From: a bacterium
GTDB lineage: Bacteria; SAR324; NAC60-12
Length of the DNA: 64,000 nt
Direction of reading: 5' to 3'
NCBI GenBank assembly: GCA_965209155.1
Contig: OZ242383.1
Coordinates: 864,001 to 928,000 of the forward strand
The notes beneath the pieces are model-generated. The model searched no databases, was not told where the DNA came from, and saw only the letters and a program-made list of their open reading frames with translations. The number at the start of each line of letters is the position of its first letter. Position 1 is the first letter of the stretch. Shown here in pieces: positions 1-9,551 of this stretch. The translations under genes were made by a program, and so were the position numbers.

Positions 1-1151
1 GTCCATACTTTTTGATTGAAGACATGGACGAAAGCACATTGAAGCGCGAATTGCAACAATGCGTGGACGGCCCATTTTATAAAACGGATTTTTCCATCGG
101 ACACCGGGGAGCTCCGTTGCAATTTCCGGAACACACCAAGGAATCCTATGAGGCAGCCGCTCGAATGGGAGCGGGAATTATCGAGTGTGACGTGACGTTT
201 ACGAAGGACCGCCATTTGGTTTGTCGTCATTCTCAATGCGATCTCCATACTACCTCCAATATACTGGCCAAACCGGAATTGGCTGAAAAATGTTCGCAAG
301 GCTTTGCGCCTGCGGAGTTTGATCCAGAAACTGGAGAACTTCTCAAGAAAGCAAACGCAAAATGCTGTACAAGTGACATCACCCTGGCCGAATTCAAGTC
401 TTTGAAAGGCAAGATGGATGCGGCAAATCCTGAGGCCCGGAATTTGGATGAATACATGGACGGTACCGCAAATTGGCGTACGGATTTATATGCCTTTAAC
501 GGGACTTTGCTGACACATGCGGAAAGTATCGAGTTGTTTGAAAAATTGGATGTGAAAATGTCTCCTGAACTCAAAGCGCCCAGTGTCACGATGCCGTATG
601 AAGGTGACTACACTCAAGAAAAATATGCGCAGCAACTCATTGATGAATATAATAATGCAGGAGTATCGCCAGGAAACGTATTTGCGCAGTCCTTCCAGTT
701 GAATGACGTGCTGTACTGGATTGAGAAAGAGCCTCAATTCGGGAAGCAGGCAGTCTTTCTGGATGGTCGTTATAGTATGGAAGATTTTGATCACAAGAAT
801 CCTTCCACCTGGTCTCCCAACATGGAAGAATTATTTACCAAGGGAGTACGCATCATCGCTCCCCCCATGTGGATGTTGCTCAGAGTCGACGAGCGAGGTC
901 ATATTGTTCCCTCCGAATATGCAAAAAATGCAAAAGCAGCCGGTTTGGAAATCATTACGTGGACAATTGAGCGATCTGGTTTGTTGCATTCAGGAGGTGG
1001 TTGGTATTATCAATCCATTAAAGAAGTCATCGACAACGATGGTGATATGTTAAAAGTTCTGCATGTTTTAGCAAAAGATGTTGGCATCATGGGTATTTTC
1101 TCTGACTGGCCGGCAACCGTAACATATTATGCAAGTTGTAAAAATTTGTAA
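1..1151 (+). CDS. Glycerophosphodiester phosphodiesterase family protein (5'-truncated by window edge)
   Basis: IGHRGA, EHTKESY, IECDV and FSDWP GDPD motifs; the frame is open back to the window start (PYFLIEDMD). Confidence 0.9.
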   Translation, partial: PYFLIEDMDESTLKRELQQCVDGPFYKTDFSIGHRGAPLQFPEHTKESYEAAARMGAGIIECDVTFTKDRHLVCRHSQCDLHTTSNILAKPELAEKCSQGFAPAEFDPETGELLKKANAKCCTSDITLAEFKSLKGKMDAANPEARNLDEYMDGTANWRTDLYAFNGTLLTHAESIELFEKLDVKMSPELKAPSVTMPYEGDYTQEKYAQQLIDEYNNAGVSPGNVFAQSFQLNDVLYWIEKEPQFGKQAVFLDGRYSMEDFDHKNPSTWSPNMEELFTKGVRIIAPPMWMLLRVDERGHIVPSEYAKNAKAAGLEIITWTIERSGLLHSGGGWYYQSIKEVIDNDGDMLKVLHVLAKDVGIMGIFSDWPATVTYYASCKNL

Positions 1152-1308
1152 TCCCCCTTGATCTCCCAAAAGCGCCTGCTTCAGAGCAATAACCAATACA
1201 GGCGAAAAAATTTAACTTGTTTTAATATTGCCTCCATTCGGCACTCGAGGAGACTTGCTCATCGATGTTGCGAGAATACTCTCCATTTCTGAGTTTCTAT
1301 CAATTAAT

Positions 1309-1336
1309 TTGACTCTTCTAATTCTTCTGATAGAAT
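1309..1336 (+). promoter_or_regulatory. Putative sigma70 promoter for rpsA
   Basis: TTGACT (1309-1314), 16 bp spacer, extended -10 TGa-TAGAAT (1328-1336). Confidence 0.55.
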
Positions 1337-1448
1337 ATTTCCTTTTTTATGTTCTACTTTGCAGAACAAAGACCATCCGGGAAGGCAAATCCTGAATCAG
1401 TTCCTGGCAACGTAACCTGAAACCTGCGCAATTGCGTAATCCAAAATT

Positions 1449-3662
1449 ATGAATACGGACGAAACGACAATAGAACTAAACGAAGATGTGGAATCCTCTG
1501 AGGAGGAAGGATCCATTACGTTTATTGACGAAGAAATAGATTTTGACTCGCTATTCGACGAAACATTCGGCAACGTCAGAGAGAATGGGATTGTAGAAGG
1601 GACGGTCACGAAGATTTCCAAAGACTATGTGATCGTGGACATCGGCTATAAATCAGAAGGGCAGATTCCGATTGAAGAATTTGTCAACGCTGAGCGCCAG
1701 AGTGAGGTCGAGATTGGAGATCACATTGAAGTTTATGTGGAGGCGCTGGAAGAAGAAGATGGCGTCACCTTGCTTTCCAAAGAAAAAGCGAGAAAACTGC
1801 GAATTTGGGAAAAAGTGGGTCGGATTTTTGAAGAAAATGGCACCATTGAAGGTGTGATTGCCGCTCGGATCAAAGGGGGATTGTCAGTGGATATCGGGAT
1901 CAAAGCGTTTTTGCCCGGCTCTCAGGTCGATTTACGTCCTGTCCGCAATCTGGACAAGCTGATTGGCGATACTTTTGAATTCTCGATTCTGAAATTCAAC
2001 CAAAAACGAGGCAATATCGTTTTATCCCGAAGGGCATTGCTGGAAGTGGACCGGGAGCGGCGTCGTAAAGAAACACTGGAAGTGCTTCAAGAGAATACGG
2101 TGATGAAAGGATTCGTAAAAAACATCACCGACTATGGAATCTTCGTGGATCTCGGTGGAGTAGATGGTTTGTTGCATATTACGGACATGACTTGGGGACG
2201 AATCGCGCATCCCTCCGAAATGTTCGATATTGGTGATGAAGTGGAAGTGTTGGTGTTGAAATACGACAAGGAAGATCAAAAAGTGTCATTGGGATTGAAA
2301 CAAAAAACCCCCAATCCCTGGGAAACCGTTACGGAAAAATATCCAGTAGGAAAACGAATTATCGGAAAAATCGTCAGTCTGACCGATTACGGCGCATTTA
2401 TAGAATTGGAACCCGGAATTGAAGGCTTGATTCATATCTCCGAAATGTCCTGGACCAAAAAAGTCCGTATTCCATCCCGCATAGTCAACCTCGGAGAGGA
2501 AGTGGAAACCGTCGTAAAAGATTTGGATGTGGAGCACAGACGCATTTCCCTTTCCATGAAAGAAACCTTGCCCAATCCTTGGAAACAGGCAACGGAGACC
2601 TATCCGATTGGCAGTGTGGTGACGGGAACCGTTCGCAATGTGACGGAGTTTGGAATATTTGTGGGTCTGGATGAAGGAATCGACGGGTTGGTTCACGTTT
2701 CCGATATCTCCTGGAGTCAACGTCAAAAACGTCCAGCGGATTTTGTGCGGAGAGGGGACGAAATCGAAGTCAAGATTCTCAATATCGATGTGGAACAGGA
2801 ACGCTTGTCACTAGGAATCAAGCAACTTTCGGTAGATCCCTGGAAGGATTTGGATGAGAAATATCAAATTGGCAGTGACGTCAGCGGAAAAATTGTCAAC
2901 ATCACTGATTTTGGGATTTTTGTAGAGGTGATGGAGGGAGTGGAGGGGCTGGTTCATATCTCGGAAATTGCCCCGGCTGTTCCCAAAGCCAAACTGACGG
3001 AGTTCTATCCTCTCGAAACGGAAGTGAATACCCGTGTGATTAAGATAGATCCTGAAGAAAGACGGCTCGGCTTGAGTATCCTGGAAAGAAACAGGATAGT
3101 TCCGCCTGCGGAAGATGAGCCATCGAAGGCACCGGATGAAGAGGGTGCTTCAGAAACACCGGCAGATGTTCCACCCGGAGAATCCGAAGCACCTGTAGAG
3201 GAGAGCGTAGAAGCGATCCCCGAGGGGGAAACAGCCTCAGAGGAAACTGGAGAAACCATTCCCGAATTAGTAGAATTGTCGGAGACCACTTCCGAACAGA
3301 CCGGGGCGCCAACCGAAGAAACGGGAGAAGCCTCTCTCGAGGTGGAGGAAACTACGCAGGCCCCCTCTGAAGTTTCCAAAGCACCCGCAGAGGTGTCACA
3401 GGGAGCTGACATTGATGAGCCCGAAGCGCCTGAAGAGGAATCAGCGGCAGTCCACGTCGCGGGAACCGGTGCGCCGGTGGATCATACGGAAGAAAGTGGC
3501 GCCGAATCGCCTGAAGCGCCTGTGATGGAAGCAACGGGAACCCCTGCAGGTCAAATCGAAACTGCAACTCCAGAAGAATCGGACAGTACCCAATCCCTTG
3601 AAAGTCCCGGTGATCTCGAGAGCGACTCCGGAACCAACGAGGAAGATCGTTTGAAGAAATAA
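1449..3662 (+). CDS. rpsA: 30S ribosomal protein S1 with long acidic C-terminal extension
   Basis: Six S1 repeats (VDIGYKSEG, AFLPGSQVD, DGLLHITDM, EGLIHISEM, DGLVHVSDI, EGLVHISEI) followed by an E/P/A/S-rich tail of roughly 185 aa. Confidence 0.97.
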   Translation: MNTDETTIELNEDVESSEEEGSITFIDEEIDFDSLFDETFGNVRENGIVEGTVTKISKDYVIVDIGYKSEGQIPIEEFVNAERQSEVEIGDHIEVYVEALEEEDGVTLLSKEKARKLRIWEKVGRIFEENGTIEGVIAARIKGGLSVDIGIKAFLPGSQVDLRPVRNLDKLIGDTFEFSILKFNQKRGNIVLSRRALLEVDRERRRKETLEVLQENTVMKGFVKNITDYGIFVDLGGVDGLLHITDMTWGRIAHPSEMFDIGDEVEVLVLKYDKEDQKVSLGLKQKTPNPWETVTEKYPVGKRIIGKIVSLTDYGAFIELEPGIEGLIHISEMSWTKKVRIPSRIVNLGEEVETVVKDLDVEHRRISLSMKETLPNPWKQATETYPIGSVVTGTVRNVTEFGIFVGLDEGIDGLVHVSDISWSQRQKRPADFVRRGDEIEVKILNIDVEQERLSLGIKQLSVDPWKDLDEKYQIGSDVSGKIVNITDFGIFVEVMEGVEGLVHISEIAPAVPKAKLTEFYPLETEVNTRVIKIDPEERRLGLSILERNRIVPPAEDEPSKAPDEEGASETPADVPPGESEAPVEESVEAIPEGETASEETGETIPELVELSETTSEQTGAPTEETGEASLEVEETTQAPSEVSKAPAEVSQGADIDEPEAPEEESAAVHVAGTGAPVDHTEESGAESPEAPVMEATGTPAGQIETATPEESDSTQSLESPGDLESDSGTNEEDRLKK

Positions 3663-3666
3663 GATT

Positions 3667-4470
3667 CTATACTTCCGCGATCAGGTCATTTGTCAGGGCT
3701 CCAATTCCATCTATCTCGATAGTGACGCGATCACCCGGTTTCATGTAAAGCGGGGGGTTACGAGCAGCCCCGACACCATGAGGCGTGCCCGTCAATATAA
3801 CTGTCCCTGCCAACAGACGGGTACTGCCACTGAGGAATTCGATCAAAGTTGGCACGTCAAAAATCATATCATCCGTATTCCAATCCTGCATGAGTTGATT
3901 GTTGAGGATGGTGCGTATGCCCAGGGCATTCGGATTCGGAATCTCATCTTTAGTGACGATCCATGGCCCTAAAGGGCAAAAAGTCGCAAATGTTTTGCCA
4001 CGACACCATTGACCACCCCCATAGCGTGATTGCCAGTCACGAGCGCTGACGTCGTTCGCGCAAGTGTATCCCAGGATATAATCCAAAGCTTCTGACTTGG
4101 CAACGTTGTAGCAGGGCCTTGCCAGTACCACGGCCAATTCGCATTCATAATCCACTTCTTCACTCAAAAGGCGGCGTGGCAGGATGATCGGGTCGTCAGG
4201 GTTTTGCAGGGATCCGGTGTTTTTCATGAATAAAATGGGATTTTGCGGGATCGGCGCATTGCCCTCTGCAGCGTGCTTACGATAATTGAGACCGATGCAA
4301 AGGATGTCCGGCGGTTCAATGGGGGCGAGTAATTTGCGTACGTCGGCGCTTTCACCCGTATCATAGAATGACTCCAGAATATCTCCGTCGATTCGTGTCA
4401 CCCGGCTTTCATCGTGGCGCCTGCCGTAGTGGACCGCCCCGGAAGAATCTAGATATCGAATAAGTTTCAT
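3667..4470 (-). CDS. Fumarylacetoacetate hydrolase family protein
   Basis: CIGLNY, DYECEL, NDVSARDWQ, GKTF and TGTPHGVG motifs. Confidence 0.93.
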   Translation of the reverse strand: MKLIRYLDSSGAVHYGRRHDESRVTRIDGDILESFYDTGESADVRKLLAPIEPPDILCIGLNYRKHAAEGNAPIPQNPILFMKNTGSLQNPDDPIILPRRLLSEEVDYECELAVVLARPCYNVAKSEALDYILGYTCANDVSARDWQSRYGGGQWCRGKTFATFCPLGPWIVTKDEIPNPNALGIRTILNNQLMQDWNTDDMIFDVPTLIEFLSGSTRLLAGTVILTGTPHGVGAARNPPLYMKPGDRVTIEIDGIGALTNDLIAEV

Positions 4471-4646
4471 AAAATTTTATCTCCTCATCTAATTGGTTGA
4501 CAAACAGTGTCTCGATTTCACTTTCTTATAAATTGATAACCGCGACAACTCAAGTTTTCGACTATATCCCACCTATTTGAGGGGTAGCGGATTTTTTCTC
4601 TTTCACTGCTCATCTATTATCAGAAAATTCATTTTTTAAAAAATTC

Positions 4647-4674
4647 TTGTTTTTTTAAAAAAAATTCGTATTAT
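4647..4674 (+). promoter_or_regulatory. Putative sigma70 promoter directly upstream of the structured RNA
   Basis: TTGTTT (4647-4652), 16 bp spacer, TATTAT (4669-4674), AT-rich upstream tract; predicted start near 4681 at the first hairpin. Confidence 0.45.
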
Positions 4675-4680
4675 GAGATC

Positions 4681-4975
4681 CTGCTCTAATCCAAACAGAG
4701 CAAAAGGCCAGGACGGGAACCGAACCCGTATATCAGTTCTTACTGGTATCTGATCCTGCCTTTGGATACCCTGGCCACGTAGAAGTGTTTTGGTGCTGTC
4801 GCTATCACGGCCTCTAGAGTCAAGCTAGAGTAGGCAAACGGATTTGGGACTCCGTCTCGTCTACCAAATATTCCACTTCTACAGCAGTTTGTCTCAGAGT
4901 GTTTCTCATTTCACTAAAGAGACAACAAGTACAGGGCGGAGTAGTGGATAAAATTTTATCCCTCTCCGCCTTTCG
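4681..4975 (+). ncRNA. Unidentified highly structured ncRNA candidate (hairpin, two 4-way junctions, hairpin, terminal hairpin)
   Basis: Stems: 4682-87/4697-4702; 4706-12/4770-76 enclosing three hairpins; 4779-87/4874-82 enclosing three hairpins; 4889-95/4919-25; 4933-41/4964-72. Four G-U wobbles pair only on the + strand. Confidence 0.65.
4933..4973. terminator. Terminal hairpin between the putative ncRNA and convergent folK (possibly bidirectional terminator)
   Basis: AGGGCGGAG/CTCCGCCTT stem around the perfect palindrome GGATAAAATTTTATCC; short T tail. Confidence 0.5.
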
Positions 4976-4989
4976 CGTTCTCATTTCTA

Positions 4990-5514
4990 TCAGGGAATGG
5001 TACCGATTCGCACAGGCAGGGGCTCTGTCGATCGAGCCTTCCACAGCTCGAACAATTCGCTCATGCTTTCTTGATTACGGGGATCAATCCAGTGAGGAGC
5101 CAGTTCGGCCAGAGGCATGAGGACAAAACCACGATTCGTCATCTCGGCGTGAGGGATGGTCAGACTATCCGTCTGCAGAATGAGATCTTCATAATACAAT
5201 ATGTCGATATCGATGAAACGAGGTTGCCATCGTTTCTGCGCCGACCACACAGTACGGATTCGTCCCAGTTTTGCTTCGATACGGTGACATCTTGCCAACA
5301 AATCTTCCGGATCAAAACTTGTGCGTCCTTTCACTACTTGATTGTAATACAAAGGCTGTTTGGCACCCTCGTAAGGAACACTTTCATAAACAGACGAGGT
5401 CTTAAAATCCGGCATTGGCAAGGCTTGCAGGGCCTCTCGGGCACTTTTGAGCATAGCGGCTCTATTTCCCAAGTTGGAACCCAAACCCAGATAAACTTCG
5501 GCATGCTGATTCAT
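4990..5514 (-). CDS. folK: 2-amino-4-hydroxy-6-hydroxymethyldihydropteridine diphosphokinase
   Basis: YLGLGSNLG, RWQPRFIDIDIL, LTIPH and RGFVLMPL motifs. Confidence 0.95.
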   Translation of the reverse strand: MNQHAEVYLGLGSNLGNRAAMLKSAREALQALPMPDFKTSSVYESVPYEGAKQPLYYNQVVKGRTSFDPEDLLARCHRIEAKLGRIRTVWSAQKRWQPRFIDIDILYYEDLILQTDSLTIPHAEMTNRGFVLMPLAELAPHWIDPRNQESMSELFELWKARSTEPLPVRIGTIP

Positions 5515-5738
5515 ATACCTTTATGAGAGGCGAAATTCTTAAATGCAAAAACTGTGAGTTCCACCCTGGTTTTCAATTCTTTTTCGGTGTCATTGAGTAG
5601 AGTAGCAAAAATCGGAGAAACATGGGTATCGCAGTGATCATACCACATTTTTCCTGAATGGGTTCGAGCATAACCGCGCGAGTTCGCGGAGAAATAATTT
5701 TCTCCGATTATTCAAAGTCATTGAATTTCTAACCTCAA

Positions 5739-6626
5739 TCATTCTGTGAGCATGGCAGCACCGTACACTCCACTGGAATCTCCCAACTTATTTTGCACGA
5801 TGGGAATGGTAAACTCGGGATGGAACGATTTTTTATTGGCAGCAGTCGCTCCCTCAGTGTAGAGGATCGGTAAATTGGAAACGCCTCCTCCCAATATAAT
5901 GATACTGGGATCAAAAATAGTAATCAGGTTGCTTATTCCGTCTGCAAAGTCAGAAATCAAATTTTGGATCACTTTTTGGGCAAAGGGGCTCTCTCTTTCT
6001 TCGTATTGCCGATAAATTTCAGGTAACGCGCATACTTGGCCGCTGATCTCTTTATAATTTCGTTCAATGCCAGTTCCTGAAAGATAGTTTTCCATACAAC
6101 CCATTCGTCCACACCAACAGGGGATGCCATTGGACTTTAGCGTAAAATGTCCCCACTCACTGGCACCTCCATTCGCACCTTTCCAGAGTTTACCGGAATA
6201 AACCGCACCACCTCCGACACCAGACCCCATGATGATTCCCAGAACCGTCTCATATCCCTGACCTGCTCCAATTAAGGCTTCGCTCAGAGCAAAACAGTTT
6301 GCGTCGTTTTCGATGTAAACCTGGTGATCAACCAGTGATTCAAGATCTGCTTGCAAAGGCTGGCCATTGAGACATTGCGTGTTGGAGCGAACTATTTTGC
6401 CAGTTGAAGGGGAGATTAAGCCGGGGATTCCCATTCCTATGATTGTTTCTTCCCGGCATAACCGCAAGAACTCTTTGATAAGGCCGGCAATTTGACGCAA
6501 CAATCTCTCGTAACCCTCATGTTGCTTGGTAGGAACCCGTTTGCGCTCGACAACGTCCAAAATGTTGTTCCGACTGAGAATGATTTCTATTTTAGTGCCT
6601 CCTAAATCCACTGCAATGTGATTCAT
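5739..6626 (-). CDS. ROK family sugar kinase (Mak/fructokinase-like)
   Basis: DLGGTK, ENDANCFA, EWGH, CWCGRMGCME, LGGGVS; no N-terminal HTH. Confidence 0.92.
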   Translation of the reverse strand: MNHIAVDLGGTKIEIILSRNNILDVVERKRVPTKQHEGYERLLRQIAGLIKEFLRLCREETIIGMGIPGLISPSTGKIVRSNTQCLNGQPLQADLESLVDHQVYIENDANCFALSEALIGAGQGYETVLGIIMGSGVGGGAVYSGKLWKGANGGASEWGHFTLKSNGIPCWCGRMGCMENYLSGTGIERNYKEISGQVCALPEIYRQYEERESPFAQKVIQNLISDFADGISNLITIFDPSIIILGGGVSNLPILYTEGATAANKKSFHPEFTIPIVQNKLGDSSGVYGAAMLTE

Positions 6627-6769
6627 GGTTTATCTTGTCCTTTTATGTGGAAGCTATCATACTTCGCGCGTGGTCTCTCAATCGCGAGAATTGTATAACA
6701 GTCTCCTGTGTGTTTCCAAATAAATATTGTCAGTCTTCAAGTTTTCAAATTCATAATTAAGGATGATTT

Positions 6770-9397
6770 ATGGGTTTATCGGTTCCCGTCAGTTGGCTCA
6801 ATGATTACGTGACGACTTGCGATCCCAATGCTCTGGCAGAACGTCTGACATTGGCCGGGTTGGAAATCGAATCGGTCGAAATGATCGGGGAGCATTGGAA
6901 CGAAAATCAATTTCTCGTCGCCGAAATTCTGGAGGTCTTGCCACATCCCAATGCAGACCAGCTTTCCCTGGTAACAGTCCATTGTGGGTCAACTACTCCT
7001 TTGCAGGTCGTTTGTGGAGCGCCTAATGTGAGGTGTTATGAAAATAAGGCAATTCCCAGACCTCTCAAGGCAGCTTTGGCTTTACCAGGCGCCGTACTGG
7101 TGGATGCTCATGGAGCAGGTGAAAAAACTTTCAATCTCAAAGCAAGCAAAATTCGTGGCGTGCTTTCCGAAGGCGTTCTCTGTTCGGAAAAAGAACTGGG
7201 GCTCAGTCAAGACCATGGAGGCGTGATGTTGATTCCAGAAGCTAACATTCCTGTTGGTACGTCTTTGAAAAATTGCCTGGCAGATACTATTTTGCATTTC
7301 GATATCAAAGGAGGATTCAGCCATTTGATGGCGATATTCGGCATTGCCCGAGAAGTAGCTGCCTTGACGGAGAACCCCCTCAAACAGGAGAGTCTGAAGA
7401 AGCTTTTCGCACAAACAACCGAAATTGCTGAATGTCCCCCTTTTGTGAAACTGGAAATTGAAAATCCTGAACTTTGCGCACGATATTCAGGGCTATTGAT
7501 CGAGGGAGTACAAGTAGGCCCTTCCCCCTTTTGGATTCGACAGCGGTTGAAGAGAGCGGGGATGCGCCCGATCAACAATATTGTGGATATCACAAATTAC
7601 GTGATGCTGGAAATGGGACAACCTCTCCATGCGTTTGATTTTGATTTGTTGAAAATTCGCGCGGACGGGGGACAACCATTGATCCGAGTGCGATGCGCTC
7701 AATCAGGTGAACGCATGACGACCCTGGATGGGGTGGAACACGAATTCGATGACCAGATGTTACTCATCACCGATACCAAAGGTCCGGTTGCTATTGCCGG
7801 TGTGATGGGAGGAGCCGAGACAGAAGTTTCTGCTGACACCAAAAGGATCTTGCTGGAATCAGCAAATTTTGAATTTTTAAACAATCGTCGAACCTGTCAA
7901 GTTTTGAAATTACGTACGGAGGCCAGCGAACGATTCGGTAAGCGACTCGACCCGGAATTAACGCTGAACGCTGCAAAACGCGCAGCAGAACTGATGGAAG
8001 AATATGCAGGGGGATTACTCAATAAAACTCATGGGGATCTTTATCCTAAAAAAGCAGAATCGATTGAGATTGAACTGGATCCTCTCTACGTGAACCGTTT
8101 ACTCGGAGTCGACTTGTCGCCTGAGGGAATCGTGGAAATATTGAAAAGACTGGAATTTCAGGTGGTTGCGCAAAAGAGTTCCCACTCGATCGATCAAAAA
8201 ATACCGTGTAAAGGATTGAAAGTCACAGTGCCGAGTCACCGCATGGATATCAGGCTTGCTGCAGATTTGGTGGAGGAAGTGGCCAGGATTTATGGTTACA
8301 ATAACATGCCTGGTACGCTGATGGATGATGCCCTGCCCAAGACTCAATTGTCCGCTTCGCAACGCGATGTCCAATTGTCAGGTATAGAGAAAATTCAGGA
8401 TATTTTGGTGGAGACGGGATTGGACGAAATCATTACTTATTCGATCATCGACCTGCAGGATGTGGCCCGCCTGCTTCCGGACAGTCAAGTGGATTCTTCA
8501 CGTTTTCTTGGTTTGCAAAATCCTCTATCTGCGGAAAGAACACACTTGCGACAATCGCTCATTCCCGGTGCTTTGACGACGGCACGGAGAAATATACGAT
8601 TCCAAGACCGTGTGGCTGTTTTTGAAATAGGCAATATATTCCAACCCCGTGAAGGAGAACTTCTACCTGATGAAATTCCATATTTGACTATCTTGATGAC
8701 TGGAAAACGCTTCCCCACTTCGTGGTTGGACGGGGCAGTGAACCAGAGCGAGCGCGAGGAAAAATTGGATTTCTATGACCTGAAAGGAGTTTTGGTCACT
8801 TTATTGGAGGGTCTGCATATCCAGCAGGCCAGCTGGCAAAATAAAATTGGTGAGAGTTCCCACCCGATTAATTTTAAGACAAATTGGGAGGTTTATCATC
8901 CAGGACGCCGGGCTGTCATTATGGTACAGGGGAAGGGCTCCCAAGCGAGCGGCCGAAAGACACCATGGGAAGTTCTCGGACATATGGGAGAGATTCACCC
9001 TGGAGTGGTTCGTCATTTTGGATTACCAGAGCAACCTGTTTGTATTGCTGAATTTGCGCTGAAATCGCTTTTAAACCACTGGAATCAAGTTCATTTGATG
9101 ACCGAACTACCCATCTACGCCCCAATTTATGAAGATTTAGCCTTTGTGGTGGATGAATCCATACCGGCTGGAAGAGTTGAATCTCTCATCTTGCAAACAG
9201 GACGTCCACTCTTAGAGAAAGTACAACTCTTTGATATTTTTCGGGGAATGCGAGTTGGCAATAACAAAAAAAGTCTGGCCTTCGCTTTAACCTACCAAGC
9301 ACTGGACCGCACATTGACGGATGAAGATGTGGCACCCATCCGAGAAGAAATCATCCGACAACTCAAACAAGAGTTGAATGCGGAATTAAGGGTTTAA
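6770..9397 (+). CDS. pheT: Phenylalanine--tRNA ligase beta subunit
   Basis: HPNAD, VCGAPN, INNIVDITNYVMLE.GQPLHAFD, DLVEEVARIYGY, C-terminal FDX-ACB domain (DRTLTD). Confidence 0.96.
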   Translation: MGLSVPVSWLNDYVTTCDPNALAERLTLAGLEIESVEMIGEHWNENQFLVAEILEVLPHPNADQLSLVTVHCGSTTPLQVVCGAPNVRCYENKAIPRPLKAALALPGAVLVDAHGAGEKTFNLKASKIRGVLSEGVLCSEKELGLSQDHGGVMLIPEANIPVGTSLKNCLADTILHFDIKGGFSHLMAIFGIAREVAALTENPLKQESLKKLFAQTTEIAECPPFVKLEIENPELCARYSGLLIEGVQVGPSPFWIRQRLKRAGMRPINNIVDITNYVMLEMGQPLHAFDFDLLKIRADGGQPLIRVRCAQSGERMTTLDGVEHEFDDQMLLITDTKGPVAIAGVMGGAETEVSADTKRILLESANFEFLNNRRTCQVLKLRTEASERFGKRLDPELTLNAAKRAAELMEEYAGGLLNKTHGDLYPKKAESIEIELDPLYVNRLLGVDLSPEGIVEILKRLEFQVVAQKSSHSIDQKIPCKGLKVTVPSHRMDIRLAADLVEEVARIYGYNNMPGTLMDDALPKTQLSASQRDVQLSGIEKIQDILVETGLDEIITYSIIDLQDVARLLPDSQVDSSRFLGLQNPLSAERTHLRQSLIPGALTTARRNIRFQDRVAVFEIGNIFQPREGELLPDEIPYLTILMTGKRFPTSWLDGAVNQSEREEKLDFYDLKGVLVTLLEGLHIQQASWQNKIGESSHPINFKTNWEVYHPGRRAVIMVQGKGSQASGRKTPWEVLGHMGEIHPGVVRHFGLPEQPVCIAEFALKSLLNHWNQVHLMTELPIYAPIYEDLAFVVDESIPAGRVESLILQTGRPLLEKVQLFDIFRGMRVGNNKKSLAFALTYQALDRTLTDEDVAPIREEIIRQLKQELNAELRV

Positions 9398-9551
9398 GGG
9401 TTTGGTTTGATAATGATTCAATGATATCCTTTTTCACGACAATCTCTTTAAAAGGGTTGTTTTTTTATGAAAATTAATTATTATCATAACCCTTGGAGAC
9501 TGTCTGGTTTACATAGTTACTAAGTGGTAATTCACGGTATGGAGTAAATCT

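Noticed and set aside
4681..4975. Identification of the structured RNA as tmRNA, RNase P, SRP or 6S RNA, or a functional tRNA
   Set aside because: No GGGG...CCACCA ends, no GAGGAAAGTCC, no SRP helix-8 motif, not a single long rod; the cloverleaf lacks U8/U33/A58 and CCA
4820..5120. Short ORFs 4820-5044 (-) and 4899-5120 (+)
   Set aside because: They overlap folK and the structured RNA and have no recognisable protein features
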